From Chiloscyllium plagiosum (taxonomy: Eukaryota): a DNA stretch of 64,000 nt. The stretch covers positions 67,477,048 through 67,541,047 of the forward strand of contig NC_057719.1 of NCBI RefSeq assembly GCF_004010195.1, read 5' to 3'. Positions 61,848 to 64,000 of the stretch are shown here, in pieces. Made by a program: the position numbers and the translations under genes. The notes below the pieces were generated by a model. It made no database searches and was not told the origin of the DNA. It worked only from the letters and a program-made list of their open reading frames with translations. Every line of letters starts with the position of its first letter. The stretch's first letter is position 1.

Positions 61848-63358
61848 TGTTATGGACCAGGCCAGACACCGCATGTCCACCTTCAAAATATTTTAAGAAG
61901 GTAGTCCAGAGCCTAACTTTCTCTTATTTTAAAGGCAAAAGAATTGGAGGTGTAGTGGACAGCGAAGAAGGTTACTACGGACTACAACGGGATTTTGATC
62001 AGATAAGCCAATGGGCTGAGAAGTGACAGATGGAGTTTAATTCAGATAAATGCAAGGTGGTACATTTTGGGGAAGCAAATCTTAGCAGGACTTATACACT
62101 TAATGGTAAGATCCTAGGGAGTGTTGCTGAACAAAGAGACCTTGGAGTGCAAGTTCATAGCTCCTTGAAAGTGGAGTCACAGGTAGATAGGATAGTGAAG
62201 AAGGCATTTGGTGTGCTTTCCTTTATTGGTCAGAGTATTGAGTACAGGAGTTGCTGCGTGCTGCGCAGGGAGGTCGTGCTGCGGCTGTACAGGACATTGG
62301 TTAGGCCACTTTTGGAATATTGCGTGCAATTCTGGTCTCCTTCTTTCTGAAGGATATTGTGAAACTTGAAAGGGTTCTGAAATGATTTACAAGGATGTTG
62401 CCAGGGTTGGAGGGTTTGAGCTATAGGGAGAGGCTGAATAGATGAGGGCTGTTTCCCTGGAGCATTGGAGGCTGAGGGGTGACCTTATAGAGGTTTATAA
62501 AATCATGAGGGGCATGGATAGGATAAATGGACAAGATCATTTCCCTGAGGTGGGGGAGTCCAGAACTAGAGGGCATAGGTTTAGGGTGAGAGGAGAAACC
62601 TAACAGATAACTTTTTCATGCAGAGGGCGGTGAATGTGTGGAATGAGCTGCGAGAGGAAATAGTGGAGGCTAGTACAATTGCAACATTTAAAAGACATTT
62701 GGTTAGGTATGTGAATAGGAAGGGTTTAAAGGGCAGTAATCTGGGTGCTGGCAGGTGGGACTAGATTGGATTGGGATATCTGGTGGGCATGGACAAGTTG
62801 GAGTGAAGGGTCTGTTTCTGTGCTGTACATCTATGACTCCTTGGGTGCTCCAGGTGTGATGCGCTGGTCAAACCACTTGGCTTTAAGCAAAACAGAGTTT
62901 ATTTAAACATTACATTTGAAACATGAACAAAAGAAAATGGAATTTAGAATAACTTAACGATTGGGAAACTCAAGTGACTTGATACAGCAACTTAACTGAG
63001 GAGCTGTTCCAATTCCTGCAGCATTCCATAAACACACCTCTTAGTAAAAAGGTAAATTCAAACACAGATTCTTACAGGCAAGTGGGAACAGCATCCAAAG
63101 AGATATCCAAGAGAAAAGTCAATTAGGGATCATCTGCTGAAGCCTGGAACATTTCTCTAGACTGCAGCAGCTTCTCTGCTACAGCTAAACCAGCTGTGTC
63201 TCACTGTTACAACTAAATCAAACGAGAAAAAACCTGAACTGGGAGAACTAGTCACTCCCTTGTCATTGTTCGACATTTCATCACCTTTGTCTTTACGACC
63301 CCTCTTGAAAAACACCCAAGGACAAAATAACCTTTTTAAATTGACAGCACTGTCACCA
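61848..63358 (-). mobile_element. Probable solo LTR split by a CR1 insertion
   Basis: Starts tgttatggaccagg, ends gcactgtcacca; AATAAA on the minus strand near 62900; TSD not clear. Confidence 0.5.
61936..62840 (+). mobile_element. CR1 LINE 3' fragment (same subfamily as 1-626)
   Basis: LQRDFDQISQWAEK, MEFNSDKCKVVHFG, QRDLGVQVH, LYRTLVRPLLEYCVQFWSP; 3'UTR closely matches 350-626. Confidence 0.96.
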
Positions 63359-64000
63359 CTTTCCTCTTCAAAGTTCTTTAATTTGTTGCTGACTCTCAAA
63401 TCTGTGCCCATCTTTCCCAACATTCCTGGTCATAGGTGTGTAAGAATTGGGACCAAATAACATCACTGATCTTTTATATAATCAAAATCACACAAAAAAT
63501 ATAATGCTTAATTTCACAACTTACTTCTGTTCTCAAAAGGTAAAAATAAATGCATTAAAATTATTGAAACTACAGCTGCTAAATAGGTGGTCATATAATC
63601 GGTGGCTTGGAAATTGTAGGAATGTATCATAATAGAATTTGGCACAGGCGATCAACTGGTCTATCACAGTTAAGAGGCCATTTAAGCTTCCTGATGAAAA
63701 TGTTGTGATTGATGAAAACATTAAACTAATTGGCCAATACTGTTTGCTGTCATATATGCAATCAGAAGATGGACATGCAACATAATAGGGGGAGACTGAA
63801 AGTGCCCCGTAAAGATGAGAGCATCCTGATGTACCATTAATTGTACACTGTAGTCTCAAACATGCGCATCTGCCTAACACCAATCTGGCTGCATTTTGCC
63901 ATTACATTTGTTTGAAGAAGATAAAGTATCAAACTTATGGCAGATATTGATTAAAAGCAAGGAAGTACAGTGAAGAACTCGCAGACCATTAGATGTCTGT

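Noticed and set aside
1..62840. Near-identical sequence at both window ends (1-626 and 62221-62840) suggesting LTRs or a giant composite element
   Set aside because: Both are ordinary 3' ends of the same abundant CR1 subfamily; the right copy extends further 5' as CR1 ORF2
63660..63790. PDENVVIDEN...SYMQS, faintly like the piggyBac IDE...QYMPSK motif
   Set aside because: Spacing is off and no other transposase motifs flank it; an HMM search would be needed

Overview
Eukaryotic, repeat-rich vertebrate DNA. The repeat content points to an elasmobranch (shark) genome (inference): CR1, L2 and L1/Tx1 LINEs, Penelope-like elements (PLEs), HE1/V-type and Deu-type SINEs, and solo LTRs. There are no prokaryotic genes, CRISPR arrays or rRNA, and almost all ORF-track entries are spurious or retroelement fragments. 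The window looks like the intronic 5' part of a large minus-strand gene that I cannot name. Several minus-strand exons have canonical splice sites, and two of them (37165-37252 and 36700-36841) join in frame into a 76-codon N-terminus. Main points for follow-up: (1) minimal hammerhead-ribozyme cores in PLE termini, one of them at the tip of a long fold-back; (2) four miniature fold-back PLE insertions with 10-15 bp target duplications, one nested in another; (3) a 1.5-kb element with ~260-bp inverted arms whose interior is a diverged copy of a nearby exon-like segment; (4) a twice-repeated decayed C2H2 zinc-finger cassette. Boundaries of old repeats are approximate. Family names come from by-eye recognition, not database searches, so novelty cannot be established here.
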